The translations under genes and the position numbers were made by a program. Positions 28,617 through 42,800 of a stretch of DNA of 64,000 bases are shown piece after piece. The DNA comes from Treponema sp. Its GTDB lineage: Bacteria; Spirochaetota; Spirochaetia; Treponematales; Treponemataceae. The stretch covers positions 29,558 through 93,557 of the forward strand of contig JAFSJW010000051.1 in the NCBI GenBank assembly GCA_017449265.1, given 5' to 3'. Under the pieces are notes generated by a model that was not told the DNA's origin, ran no database searches, and worked only from the letters and a program-made list of their open reading frames with translations. How positions within the stretch are numbered: position 1 is the stretch's first letter; every line of letters begins with the position of its first letter.

Positions 28617-29048
28617 ATGGCTGCTTTTACTGATATTGAATCGTTGTTGCCTCATCGGAAACCGTTTTTGTTTGTTGACACAATCGAGTCGTATGACGAA
28701 GACGGTTGTGTTTGCACAAGAAAATTCACTGACGAGGATTTTTTCTTCAAGGGGCATTTTCCAGAGTACCCGGTAGTTCCTGGGGTTATTCTTATTGAAA
28801 CTATGGCGCAAGGCGGCGGAAGCGCGCTCAGCTTGCAGAAGAAATTCGATGAAGGAAGCCTCTTTTTCCTTGCCACGGTGAACAATGTCAAGTTCAAGCA
28901 TCAGGTTCGCCCGGGGGACACGGTTCGCATGGAAATCAAAAACAAGCGCGTGTCAAAGAACATGGTCGTTCAGGAAGGAAAAGCGTTCGTTGGTGATACG
29001 CTTTGCGCCCAGGCCGAATGGATGTGCCTTGTGGGAAAAGGAAACTAA
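28617..29048 (+). CDS. fabZ: 3-hydroxyacyl-ACP dehydratase
   Basis: LPHRKPFLFVD and GHFPEYPVVPGVILIETMAQ. Confidence 0.93.
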   Translation: MAAFTDIESLLPHRKPFLFVDTIESYDEDGCVCTRKFTDEDFFFKGHFPEYPVVPGVILIETMAQGGGSALSLQKKFDEGSLFFLATVNNVKFKHQVRPGDTVRMEIKNKRVSKNMVVQEGKAFVGDTLCAQAEWMCLVGKGN

Positions 29049-29159
29049 TCCGAACGGATTTTATATTGCCGTGAGACTTTTGCGCACGGCAATGCGCAAA
29101 AATTCGCGTGTCTTCGCGTGTCATGGAGGAATAGGCTTTTTCTGCCGATAATTACAAGC

Positions 29160-29471
29160 ATGGATATACAATTGATTTACAAGCATATTCACGATGTTGT
29201 TGTCTCTGCGTTGCCCGATGGCTCATATCCGCTGGCGTACATTAATATTTGCGTAGGAAAGAATTTCCCGCTTTCCAACGATGAGATTAACGACGGCTTT
29301 AAGAAGCTCAAATGGGATTCTGATATTTCTAATGCCGATTTGAACATAATCCGCTCTTCATCAATGGATGACAATGCGCTTGAAGTTACGAGCATGAACG
29401 AATTCGTGGACGACTCGGGCGCCGGAAAAACGTATTTTCCGAAGAAAGAGTGCGCTGTGCTTCGCGTGTAG
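29160..29471 (+). CDS. Hypothetical protein
   Basis: ORF from ATG 29160 within track ORF 29118..29471; no recognisable motif. Confidence 0.5.
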   Translation: MDIQLIYKHIHDVVVSALPDGSYPLAYINICVGKNFPLSNDEINDGFKKLKWDSDISNADLNIIRSSSMDDNALEVTSMNEFVDDSGAGKTYFPKKECAVLRV

Positions 29472-29558
29472 TGAATATCTGTCTGAACAAAAAATCTGCA
29501 TCATAGAGGAAAAAAAAGCAGAGGAGCGTGTCCCCTGCCGGTGGCTCGTTATGAGCCG

Positions 29559-30356
29559 CTACATGACTTTGATTGAATATCCCGCTGAAACGTTGATTGA
29601 CTGCCCCGAACCAAAATCAAAATCACCTATTTTTGTGTCAATAAATTCAAAATCCTCGACTGTCATTTTCGTGAAGTCACGCGTATAGCGCACGTCGATG
29701 AGAATTGCGCCCGGTCCCAGGTTGATTCCGAAGCAGACGCCCGCCTCAAATCCAAAGTTGAATGCGGATTTCACGTCATAGTCATCGTCCTTGATGTTTT
29801 CGGTTTCTGAAACGCTCTGCCCCAGAGCAGTCGCTTTCGTTTTAAGTTTGTTGTCCTCTACGGTAAATTTTCCCAATGTGAACGAGAATTTCGGACCGAC
29901 TTCCGGGCGGATGAAGAACATATCGCCCAGCCCGATTTTGTACGTGACCAGAACGGGAATGTCGAGCGTCATGTAGTGACCCTTCATGTCGTCGTCCCAT
30001 TCATACGAGAACGCGTATAAATCGCCATTGTAAGAATAATTGCTCGGCTTGAACGCGACGTTGTGGTAGTGGAAGCCGATTTCTGGCTGGATTCCAAGCC
30101 CCTCCAAGAACGGAAGACCGATGTTTGCGAACACGTTGATTCCGAAACCCGGTGTCGCTTTCAGCTCGTCAACTAAATCTACTTTCTTATATGTATCTTC
30201 GCCTATTGGATACAGAACGCTGTCAAAATCACCGTTCTTGAAGTCAAAGATGTTCAGATCGAAGCTGGCGCGTCCCCCCACTTCAAGCGTCAAGCCTTGT
30301 GCGAATGCGAATCCTGAAATCAACAATGCGGCTGCTGCCGCGATAAGTTTCTTCAT
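29559..30356 (-). CDS. Outer-membrane beta-barrel protein (PorT/OmpA-like small barrel)
   Basis: Signal peptide AFA|Q and amphipathic strands (GIQPEIGFH, LDIPVLVTY, DVRY, SAGYSI). Paralog of 62050..62676. Confidence 0.8.
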   Translation of the reverse strand: MKKLIAAAAALLISGFAFAQGLTLEVGGRASFDLNIFDFKNGDFDSVLYPIGEDTYKKVDLVDELKATPGFGINVFANIGLPFLEGLGIQPEIGFHYHNVAFKPSNYSYNGDLYAFSYEWDDDMKGHYMTLDIPVLVTYKIGLGDMFFIRPEVGPKFSFTLGKFTVEDNKLKTKATALGQSVSETENIKDDDYDVKSAFNFGFEAGVCFGINLGPGAILIDVRYTRDFTKMTVEDFEFIDTKIGDFDFGSGQSINVSAGYSIKVM

Positions 30357-30693
30357 TTGAAAACTCCTTTTGTAATTGTTTTATAGTATAACTTTTTTTT
30401 GCATTAGTTTCCAATGCAAAAATATATTCGTAATAGTACCGTTAGTATCGGTGAGATATTCGTTTGTGTCAAGGATTTTTTACCTTTTCATGCTCCAGAA
30501 GTAGCTCTAAAAGATGTTGGCAAAGTTCCGAATCATTTTCCAAAATCTTGCAAAATAGAAAGTTGTTTGCGAATGTCAGTTCTTCCCGCTTTTGCTTTAT
30601 ATCTTTTTGTGTTGTTGGTTTTTCCATATCTATATAGGTGCAAAGAAAGTTCGATTTTGACAGTGTTTTTGCGATAATTTTTTGTTATATTTG

Positions 30694-30767
30694 CACTTTT
30701 GGCTTTGCCAAAAGTGGCCAAGTTTGCAGGAGTTTTGCAAAGCAAACACTCCGCAAACTTGCGGAGT
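30694..30767. repeat. Cluster of short hairpins upstream of the giant gene
   Basis: CACTTTTGGC-TTT-GCCAAAAGTG (30694-30716), GGAGTTTTGCAAAGCAAACACTCC (30729-30752) and ACTCCGCAAACTTGCGGAGT (30748-30767). Confidence 0.7.
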
Positions 30768-30846
30768 CATTTCCGAACTTTAGAGCCGAGTGCCGCAAAA
30801 GTGAAATTGATGGATTTTCCGCTCTTTATGACCGATAATTGAAGAG

Positions 30847-33800
30847 ATGCGTTGTCTTTCCGGAATAATGAATTTAGTTTTCTCAGAGCTTTTTTCAAAG
30901 ATAAGAACTTGCCTTTTGATTTTCTTTGCGCTCGGATTTTTTTCTCTTTCCGCAGATTTGTCTGCCGCAACATACTATTGGATTGGCGGTGCGAGCGGTG
31001 ACTGGAGCGACGGAAGCAACTGGTCTTTGACGGACGGCGGAGGGGCGGCAGGAGCTTATCCTGGGGCTGGCGACACGGCGAATGTTTGCTCTGAGGCTAC
31101 GATTGCGCTTACGGAAGACATAACGATTGACGCTTTTTTTATTTCGCAGTTAAACGGGCAAAGTGCTTCTTTTACAGTGACAATAAGTGGCAGTCAGACT
31201 TTTACATCAACCACAGTTGAAACTTACCGCCCCAGCGCAGATACAGGCTCAACGGAAACGAGCGAGCTAATTTTGGACTGCACGAGCGACATTGGCACTC
31301 TTACAATGCACTCCGGGGCGAACATTACGGTTCCGGCGGGGCAGAGCGCAGACATAGACACGGTGACGAATGTGGGTGGTGCTGCGCCCGCGACGGTTCT
31401 TACCGTGGCAGGAACGCTTACAAGCGATACAATAACTCTTTCCAATGTTGACACACGCACTCTCGTCATAACAGGAACGGTGACGGCAAGCACAATCACT
31501 GGTACCGACGGCTCTGTGACGAACAACGGAACTCTTACCGTAACGAACACAATATCAGATGAGCTTATAAACACGGCATCTTCTGGAACGACGACGGCTA
31601 CTGTTGCTGGAGCCACATGGACAGGCGCAACAAGTACGGACTGGAGCGTTGCGTCCAACTGGGCTGGTATGGTAGTTCCCTCCGCCCCCACAGCCGTGAC
31701 TATTCCTTCAGGCTGCACGAAATATCCTGTTCTTTCGGCTGATATTTCTGTTGCGTCTCTTTCTTTGGCGGCAAGCGCAACGCTTGGGTGCGATACATTC
31801 GGAATGACGGTTACTGGAAATGTAACGAACGGCGGCGAGATTACGCAGGGAAGCGGTGCTTTTTCTGTTGGCGGCGATGTGACGAACAGCGGAAACCTTT
31901 TGTTGGGAAGCGGTACTTTTTCCGTGGGCGGAGATGTAACGAACGGCGGAAGCATTACCGGAGGCACTGGGACTATTACGGTGACTGGAGCGGTGGCGAA
32001 CAATGACACAATTTCTTTCGGCGGCGGAACGTTCTCGGCGGGAAGCGTATCGAACGGAACTGGCTCAAAAATCAGCTACGCGGGCGGAACGAGCCTTGTG
32101 TGGGGCAACTCTTACGAAAATCTTGAAATCAACACGACGATTTCAGATTCAGTTGATGTTACGGCGGCGGCTGTGACAATTGGAACTGGCGGCTCTCTTT
32201 CCACAAGTGGCGATGTAACTGCTGGCCCTGTGACATTTTCTGCGGCTGGGACTATTTCTGCTGTCAACATTTCTGCATCGTCTTTGACTTTTGATGATGC
32301 GGGAACTCTCTCGGCGACAGGAGATGTTTCTGTCAGCGGTACTACGAATCTGAATTCGGCTGCGACTATTCATTCGGCAGAACTCAAGCTGGGCGGAAAT
32401 GTGACCGGAAGCGCGCTCACAACAAACGGCATTATTACGAACACTTCTTCCGGCGCGATTACGATTGCGTCCCTTGAGCTGGACGGAGATACTACTATAA
32501 ACGGCGGAAGCGGGCTTACAGTTACGGCTGCAGACTACGGTTCAAAAGATGTTACAGTTACAGGCACTGCCACGCTTTCTGACGGAACAATCAAAAATCT
32601 TTTCATTGGCGACGGAACTACGACTACGAGCGTGAGCGGAAAAGTTACTGTTACGGATAAAATCACTGTAAAAGATGACGGAACTTTTTCTGCTACGGAC
32701 ACTATTTCTGTTGGCGAGGTTCAGATTGAATCGGGCGGAACTTTGGATTCTGGCGGAAAAGCTATTAGCGTTGGCGGAAACTGGACGAACAACGGCACAT
32801 TCACGCACGGAAATGCCAAAGTCACTTTTACTGATGATGCGGATGTCTCTGGCTCTACGACTTTTTTCGATGCGGAATTCCAGAAGACGGCAGATATATC
32901 AGGTTCAAATTCTTTCAATGATGTTACTTTCGATGACTCTGCAACAATTTCTGATACGAACACATTCGGAGATGTTACTTTCAATAGTTCAGCCACAATT
33001 TCTGACACGAACACATTCGGAAATGTCATTCTGAAAGATTCTGCAACGATTTCAGGAACGAACACTTTCAGTTCAATATCTGCCACGAATCTTGGCGGAA
33101 AAACTTTGACCGTGAACGGTACTCAGACAGTTTCTGGCTCTCTCTCGCTTTCTGGAACTGACGCTTCTGGAAGGCTTTCGCTCTCAGGCTCAGGCAGTTT
33201 CGACGCGGCGGCGGCAGATTTTTCTGGAAGCTATCTTTCAATCGGAAGCTCGGTTTTAGTATCGGAGGGCGGGACAGTTTCTGCGTCATCGTTCAGGGCT
33301 ACGCACTCTGTTCCTGCTGCGGGAAAGACCGTGGCGAATTATCAGGCCGTAAATGCGAACGGATGGAAAGTTCAGTACGGAAATTATGTCTGGACAGGCG
33401 CGGTTTCCACGGACTGGAACACGCCTGGAAACTGGCGTATCAAAAGCGATGACGGAGTTTTTGACGAAGTTGCGGAAGATGTTCCGGACGAAACTTCCGT
33501 TGTTTTGATTCCTGCAGGCTGCGCGAACTATCCGGATATTTCTTCTCTTTCATCGGGAATTGAGGTAAAAGTCCTTACGATAGGAGAGGCTCTTTCATCA
33601 GACGCAAAAATCACTTTGGGGGCGGCTTCTCTTACTGTTAGCGGAGCTTTTTCTAGCTACGGAACGACAATCTACAAAGATTCGGGAAGGATAAAGAGCG
33701 GAACTTCCGTAATAAATGATTCTGCGCATGAGGGGACTGTGGAATTTGCGGGAACGGGCCAGACAATTGACCTTGTTGATTATGCGAATCTTGTTGTATC

Positions 33801-36800
33801 GGGAAGTGCTACATCGACTGGGGCAATTACTGCCAAGAATGATGTTACTGTAAAATCTACAGGCAATGTGACTTTTGGCGGCACACTGTCTCTTACAAAT
33901 ACAACGGAGGATAATCTCTCAGTCTCTGGAACCGCAACTTTCAACGGAACTGTTACGCTTTCTGGCGCAGAGGATAATATTTCTGTCACTGGAACTGGAA
34001 CGGCTGTTTTTGTTGGCGATATGAATCTTTCTGGCGCAAAGAATGTTCTTGCGCTTTCGGGAGCGTCCGCAGAATTCCAGGGAAAAACTACTTTCTCAGG
34101 CACGGATATAACTGTTTCAGGCTCGGGCGAGTTTGCGGACGCGGTTTTTTCTTCGGCAACTGCCGTAGCTACGGTTTCTGGCCCGAACAAATTCACAAAA
34201 TTCACATCGTCTGGAACTGGCACTTCAATCACTTTCTCGGATTCAAATTCCTTTGACGATTTGAGCCTTGCGGAAGGAAACAATGTTTCGTTCGGTGCGG
34301 GAAAAACGCAGACAATCGGCTCAATCAAAACGAACGGAACGAGCGCGAATCCTGTTACTTTGAAATCAACTTCTTCTGGCTCAAAATGGATTGCTGATTT
34401 TTCATCAGCTCCTTCTAATAGTGATTTTTCATACACTGTGATTCAGGATTCCGAATCCGTAAGTCAGCTGGGGCTTACTCCAGCCGTTGAGTACGCCCAT
34501 GATACAAGCGTTGCATCCCCAACGACAACAAACTGGTTCAGCTACAAATATTACTGGCTCGGAGGAACTAGCGCGGACTGGCAGAACGGAACGAACTGGT
34601 CTTCGGACGGAGTTAATCCTTTCACTGACTCGTCAAGCTACCCTGATTACGAAAACGGTGTCTCAGAAATCATAATAAAAAAAGGCACTTCTTCTTCTGC
34701 CGCTCCTTACATTCTGAACCTCGGAACTGGAGTTGGCGGAACGAATCCTGTTCTCATAAAAAGCATGAGCGTTGAGAGCGGCGCGACGGTGAATTTTGCT
34801 TCTTGCTCTGTTACCGCAAGCAGCACGACTTCTGGTTTTACGAATGCGGGTCGAATCAGGATGGAAGGAAGTCAGAATTTGACAGGAACAAAATCGAATG
34901 AGGCTGGTTCTGTCATTGAGTACTATGGGGCAGTTTCATCGGCGACTCCGTGGGGCGCGTCCTATAATAACATTGAATTCACGGACGGGGCGACGGGAAC
35001 TGTGGGAAGCGCAATCACTGTGGCAGGAACTACGCTTGTTGCGAACGGGGCTGGAAACTCGCTTTCTCTTTCAGGCGCGAATGCTTTTACAGGTGATGTG
35101 TTCATCGGCGCGAACACGGCTCATTCCACAAGCTCAAGCACAATATCCACGATTTCTGACGGCGGCACTCTTACGCTCAATTGTGCGTCTAGTTTCAATA
35201 TCGCAGCTGACGCTGAATGTGCTTCGCTTACGGTAAAAAGCGATGTTTCTTGCGCAGGAAAAGTTACTACCACCGGCTCGCAGACCTACGAAAAAGCCGT
35301 GGGCGTAGCAGGCGATGTTTCTGGCTCAGATATTACCGCAATCGGAAACGCCACATTCACTGGAAAAGTTACTTCTACGGCTGGGGCGCAAAGATACGAA
35401 GGAACCGTGAGCGTAGGCGGAGATGTTGATTCAAAAACGACAATTACCGCGCTTGGGGCAGCAACATTTGATTCAAATGTAAAATCAATTGGCTCGCAGA
35501 CTTACCGCGCAACTGTGAGCGTTGGAGGAAACACAGAAGGCTCAGATATTACCGCTGACGGAAACGCCTCGTTCACTGGAACTGTGACTACGACAGGGGC
35601 GCAGACCTACGGTGCGGACGCATCATTTGGCGGAAATGTTTCTGGCTCTCAGGTGAGCGTTACAGGTGAAACTACGCTTGGAACAAATGGCTCGGCAATT
35701 TCTGTGACTACGAGCGGAACTTCGGCTATTACTCAGACTTATACCGGAGCCGTTACGCTAAGCGAGGATGTGACTCTTGACGCTGGGACAAAAACCGTTT
35801 CTTTTGGCAGCACGGTGGACGGCGCGAATATCCTTACCGTAGGAACATCAGCCAATAAAACGAATGTGGTTTTTGGCGGCAATGTTGGCTCATCTTCTTC
35901 GCTTTCAGAAATTACCGTGTACGGAAACACCACATTCACTGGAGATGTTACTACGAGCGGGGCGCAGACATATACTGGAAACGCATCTCTTAGCGCGGAC
36001 TCAACTTTGACAGCCGGCGGAAATGTGACATTCGGAACGAGCGGAACGACAGCAACGCCTAGTGCATCTGGCGTTGGTTCGGTGACTTCTGGCGGAAAGG
36101 AGCTTTCTGTTTTGTGCGGCACTAACACTGCTTATTTCTACGGCGGATTTTCGGATGCGGCAAAACTTTCTCTTACTGGTAACGCCCAAATCTACGGCTC
36201 TAACACATTCTCTTCTATTGATATAGACAATTCTGGCGTTTCTTCGGCTACGATCGTATCGTTTGACGGCGGAACGACTCAGACTTTCTCAGCACCTTAT
36301 TCGTTCAAAGGCGCGGGGTCTGGCAATGAGCTTCTTCTTACAAGTTTGGACGGAAATTCAAGCTGGTGGAAAGCAGTCTTTACAACGAATCCTGACAGGC
36401 ACGGCGCAGATTTTGATTATGTCAAAGTCGCGTACAGCTTGTCCGTTGATAACGCTGGTAGCCCGAATCCTTTAAAAATCGTTCCTACGCTTGTTCATGC
36501 TCAGGAGCTTGACCTTGACCCGTCCAATCTTAAGACTACGGACTGGTTCGTGTTTGCGTTCTATTGGTTCGGAACTTCCGATACAAACTGGACTACGAAA
36601 GAAAACTGGTGCTACGATGCGGCAGGAACATATCATGCTTTGGGCTATCCGCCGAATGATGGAACTTCTGATATTGTCATTCAGGCGAATAATCCTGAAA
36701 TCTTAAAGCTCACTGAAAATATTTCTATAAATTCTCTTCTTGTTACTGAAAATACTGTAATCGATTTCTCAACTTATAATGTTACAATAGCTGACACTCT

Positions 36801-39800
36801 GGAAGTTGAGACGAAAGGAAAAATCCTTCTTGAAGGAACTCAAACCGTTGAGAAAGCGAGCGGGCTTCCTCTTGTCTACGGAACAAGCCTTGTTCTTGGA
36901 GATGAGTCTGTAGTTGAGTACTATGACGGAGCAATTTCGACACTTGCGCTCGGCTCAAAATACAGAAAACTTGTTTTCAATAATTCCACGCTTTCGCTTC
37001 CTTCGTCACTGGATGACACTTCGGTTTATGAGACTCTTTCGTTTATTGACGGAACGAAAGGCACTGCAGAAGAAAAATTTTCTGTTACTGGAAAAACCAC
37101 GGTGGCGAACGGTTCGGCAAATACGCTCAGCCTGCTGGGCGAAAGCACATTTACGGGCGGAGTAAAAATCAGCTCGGACGAAAGCGGAACGAATGTTCTT
37201 GGCGGAAACATTACGATTAATTCGGCAGGTACGCTTTCAGTTCTTGCCGACGCAGAATGTACTTCGCTTACGGTAAAAAGCGATGTTTCTTGCGCGGGAA
37301 AAGTTACTACGACAGGCTCGCAGACTTATGAAAAAACCGTGGGCGTAACAGGAGAGGTTTCTGGCTCGGAACTTACTGCAATCGGAAACGCCACATTCAG
37401 CTCAGATGTGACTACTACGACAGGGGCGCAGCTCTACAAAGGGACGGTTCGCGTTGACGGAAATGTAAATTCTGCAACGACGATTACGGCGGAAAAAGCT
37501 GCTGTTTTTAATTCAAATGTAGAATCAACATCTTCTCAGATTTACAAAGCTACGGTGACAGTTTCGGGCGATACGGATGGCTCAGACATTACTGCTGACG
37601 GAAACGCCACATTCACAGGAGATGTTACTACGACTGGCTCTCAGGTCTACAAGGCGGCTGTTACTGTTTCAGGCGACACGGCGGCTTCTGACATAACGGC
37701 TGACGGAAACGCCACATTCACAGGAACTGTTACTACGAGCGGAAACCAGACTTACAATGCCGCGGCTTCCTTTGGCGATGATGTTACCGCTGACAGGCTT
37801 TATGTTACAGGAGCAACGACTCTTGGCGCAAACGGCGCGGCAATTTCTGTGACTACGAGCGGAACCCAGACTTATATTGGGGCTGTTTCTCTTAGCGCGG
37901 ACGCAACTCTGACTGACAGCGCAAAAGTTACTTTCGGAACGAGCGCGTCGTCTGGGGGCGGAAGAATAACTTCCGGCGGAAATGCGTTTACGATAAAAAG
38001 CGATGACCTTTCTGCCGCAGGAGATGTTTTCTTCTATGGCGGATTTTCGGATGCCGCAAGACTTTCTCTTGAATCTGAAAACGCCCAAATCTACGGCTCG
38101 AACACATTTTCTTCTATAAGAATAGATAATTCCGTGCCTGCCAGCGCAACGACGGTGAGCTTTGAGGGCGGAAAAAAACAGACGATTGGCACGATTTCGG
38201 CAAAAGGAAATACTTTTGCAAATGCGCTTACGATGAACTCAACTTCATCTGACCGCTGGCTTGTTTACTTTAACTCAACGGCTCCTGTGAGAAGTGATTT
38301 TTCTTTTGTGATTGTGAAAGATTCAACATCTGACACTGAGCTAGGGCTTGTATCATCGAAAAAATACGCCAGCGACTACTGTGACTATGTTGTGAGCGAA
38401 CCTACTACAACAAGATGGTTCTCGCACAAATACTACTGGTTCGGCGGAACTAGCACAAACTGGATTGACAATACGGCGAACTGCAAGAACTGGGCTTTTG
38501 ATGAGGACGGAAGCGAGTATCTTGATGCGGACAGTTATCCGAACTTCAAGAACGGGCTTTCTGAAATCATTGTGCTGAAAGGAACTTCTTCTACTGCTGA
38601 CCCGCACATATTGAACCTCGGAACTGGTGTTGGCGGAACGAATCCAATTTTCATCAAGAACATGGAGGTTCGTTCCGGCGCAACTTGTGATTTTGCCAGC
38701 TGCTCGATTACGCTTGAGCCTACGAGCGAAAAAATCAAGAACAATGGCAGAATCCGCATGAGCGGAACGCAGACTTTGGTTGGGGCTAAGGAAAACGGAA
38801 CTGACTCTGTGATTGAGTACTACGGACCTCTTTACGCCTCGTCAGGAAAGAACACTCTTCCGTGGGGACTCAGCTATCAGAACATTGAGTTTACGGAAGG
38901 ATTCGCGACTCCTTCTTCGGGCATTGATGACGCTATGACCGTTAGCGGAACCACCCTTTTTGTGAACGGAAGCGGAAAGACAATTCTTATAACTGGAAAC
39001 AGCTCTTTCTCAGGAATTATGACGCTGGGAGGAGGAACTGCCGCAACTGCCGCAGGAAGCATATCACTTGCAGGAAACAACTCGTTCGGTGACAAAATCA
39101 ATATCGTAAAAGCAGATGATGTTACTTTCTCAGGAACAAACAGCTATTCTGGAACAGTAACAATCAATCAGGCTGGTCATGTCCTTATGAACGGAAACAA
39201 CTCGGGCTTTACGCTTGAGCCGTTCTCTGCTTCCGATTCATGCACCTCTCTTCATGTTCAGTGTCCTGTCACAATCGGAAATGTTAATTCTACGGGGCAT
39301 ATTGCAGGAACTGCATCAAACGAGACCCAGCTTTATGAAAAAGCGGTTACTTTAAGCTCGGACACTGTTCTGAAAGGCTCGGCGAATGATTTGGTTCATT
39401 TCGGAGACGATATTGCAGGAGGAAATCATTTCCTTACGACAGATACTTCCGATGCAAGGTTTGACGGAGACATTTCTGCCCTTACAACATTCACGGTGGG
39501 GGCAAAATCTTATTTTGAAAAAACGACTTCTTCAGGTTCTGGAACTGCAACGCAGACCGTATCTTCAAGCGGTAACCAGAGCTTTACGGGCGCAGTCGCT
39601 ATTTCAAGCGACCTTTCTCTGATTTCTTCCGGCGGAGACATGACATTCTCCAATACGATTGACAGTTTGAGTGCCTCTTCGCTGGGAAGTCTTTCTGCGC
39701 AAGCGACGGAAGGCGATGTTCTGTTCAATGAGAGTGTCGGAGGAACTGTTGCGCTCACAAAACTTTCTGTGAACTCAAAAAATGCTACCGTGAAAGAAAA

Positions 39801-42800
39801 CAAATCTGTGACCGTTTCCAACACAATCGATGTTACGACGGGCGAAAAGTTCACTTTGGAAAAAAACAATGCTGTTACCGCACCGAACGGAATGACGGTC
39901 ACTAACACAGGACTTTTCTATGTCGGAAGCGGCTCTTCAATCACAGCTGGAAGCTTCGTTCAGAACGGAGCCGGGCTTAACCAGATTGCATGTGCGTTCT
40001 CATGCGTTACAAGCGCAAGCTTTGCCACGGACACATACATTTACGATGCCTCGTCGTTCACCGTGCAGAATGCGGGCGGTACGAAAGGAACAGTTTCGTT
40101 CGGCGCAAATCTTTTCATAAGCGCGGCGGGAAAAGCCGTGTCGTTCTCTGCGCCTGTGAGGGTCACAAAAAACTACTGCCTGTTCAACGCAAATGTGACA
40201 CAGAGCGAGAATCTTACTGTAACGAAAGACCTTGTTCTTTTGAACGGAACTTCCCCGAGCGCAATGTACGATGACAACAAGTACGGCGACCGTGACAGCG
40301 ATGTTCTTCTTTTGTTCCCTTACGCGCATACGAGCCGCGACGGAACGACCCATGTGAAGCCGTCTCTTATTGATGATTTTCCGCTTCCTGCTATTTACGA
40401 CGGATATTCTGGTGGCTTTCCGACGGTTATGCCTGACGGAACTACGCCAATCACACACACATCGTACAGCTCAACTTTCTCGGGCTTTTCAGGAAAGACT
40501 ATTTCTGCGTTGCAGAATTTTTATGTGAACGGAGTGAACCTTGCTCCGGGCGGAAGCTGGAATCTTACTCTGAAAAACAATGACAGCCAGCTTTTGGCTT
40601 TTGCCGAATGTTACAACTGCACTATATCGTCTTGTACTGCGAACTATGCTCTTAGCGCGGCTGAAAACTGTACTGATGGCGGAAGCAACAGCAATGTGTT
40701 CTTCTCACGCCCTGTACTGAACCCGAATGTTGATGCGATTTACACCGTGTACGATGATGTAATCAGAGTTGAGTTCGTGGATTCGCTTACTGGCGCGGTG
40801 ATAAAAATCGAGAACACGAACAATGAGATTTCGCGTGCGCTTGCAGCCAGAACTGCCACTTGGAACACTGGTACTTTTGATTTTATCGGCTCATATTATG
40901 ATGCGGACTGTACTGTTTCCACTGACGGAAGGGGCGATTTGTCCGTATTCTATATCAGAACTGACTCAAGCGGGCTGGAAAGCACATGGAACACTGATGC
41001 GACCGGAACTGACGCAGGAAATACGGACGGTCTTAGCACGGACAGGCATGGAATCCACAAAAATACTTTTCCTACGATAGAAATTATCAAGGCGCGCACG
41101 AGCGAATTCCTTTACGAGACTCTCAGGGACGAGCATAAGAACAGAATTGCTCAGACTACAGGCTCGAACCGATTTACCGCCGCCACCGACCACTGCCAGC
41201 CTGTAATCGTCGCCTGCTACATCGGGCAGGAAATGCACACGGAATACGATTCCGCCGTGGGAGAAAACTCGCAGAAATATTACGATGCGCATAACTTCAT
41301 TGAGTTCTGCTATTCTGAGCAAGTTGATATTGGCGGAATGCCGGCTAGCGGAACTGCCGTGGAGGTGAACGGAACTGATGTGAATGTGCAGGCAACAAGC
41401 TCTCTTGGCGCAATTGCGAGCGGAAGCTCTATTTCCGTGAGCGGATTTGCCACATTGAACGGAGCGATAACATCATTCAGTAAGACTGGCTCTTCGTCAC
41501 CACATGCGCTTTACAGAACATTCTCTGACAATGCGGCGGATGCTCCGTCTTACCATCCGTACAGAATCAGGGTTTCAATTGCGGGTTATGTTGACGGAAC
41601 TTATACCGTAAGCACAGGCTCGTTCCACAACTATCCGGGCTGCGTTGACAATCTGTCTTCGCCTACGGCTATTACGGGCTGGTTTGAGACGCCTTTGGTC
41701 AAAGACATAAGCGCGAACAGTAACACAGCCGGAACTTATTCATCAGGTCATCCGCTTTTCGTGACTGTGAACAATGACCCTGACGACACGATTTTCCAGC
41801 GCGGCGATATGCACGGCTCATGGGACACAAGCCGGCCGACTTACGCTCCTTACTTCCTCACTTACGGCGACTGGTCAAGCAGCCACGAGAATTATGAGGT
41901 TATCGGAAGCGTCAATACGCCGTCCAGCTTTTTGCACAACATTGAGTTCCATATGTTCGACAATACGCCGACATATTCCGAAAGCAGGCACTGGGCTGTA
42001 AAGCAAGGATGGATTTCATCGGACTCCGACACGGGGACAGTTCCCGACAATGTGGGAGGCTCCCGTCCGTTCACTGACCCAATAACGACTGGAGGAATCA
42101 GACGGTCAAGCCTTGCCGAAGCTCCTTTGGGCTTCACTTACAGAGTTGACGGAGAATCGTCATGGCGTACATTCCAGAATGATGAGGTTTCTCAGAGCGT
42201 AAAGAGCGTTTTGTTCGTGAATGTTGGCCAGTCAACGGGCGATGACGGACTGTATTTTAAGATTTCTCTGAATGCGGATGACACGCGGCTTCCCACAAGC
42301 ACTATTTTCAAGGTGAAATACGACAAGTCTAAGGCGTATGTGACGGACCTTGCAGGAAACCGCCTTATTGACCCGACCGAGATTCAGACGATTGATGTTA
42401 CTCCGCCTGCTTTCCTCATGGCAATTGCCCCGATTGGGGAGAAGTTCTCGTATTTTGTGTTCACTAAGGCTCTTGCGGGGCTTTCTTCCGATGGAAGAAG
42501 GACTGAGCTTTCCAGCCTTAGTGCGAGCGAGAGGAGCAATCACTTTGCGAGCCTGAAAGATGCGTGCAGCATAACTGATTTTGATGGATTCGCCAAAGAT
42601 TTGAGCATTGACAAGATTGAGTTTGTATCTCAGAACAAAAAACAGAACTATACGATTCTCAAGTTTTATTTCAACAGGTCTGTGACACTCGCTGACATTG
42701 AAAGCACGATGCTTATTGACAACGGAAATGACTCTGACAAGGCAAAGAATATTTTCGGAATCTTCCAGGACAACACATATGTTTTTGACACGCTCGGAAA

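Noticed and set aside
30414-30973. Short ORFs in the region upstream of the giant gene
   Set aside because: They are mutually overlapping ORFs built from palindromic repeats, with no coding motifs.
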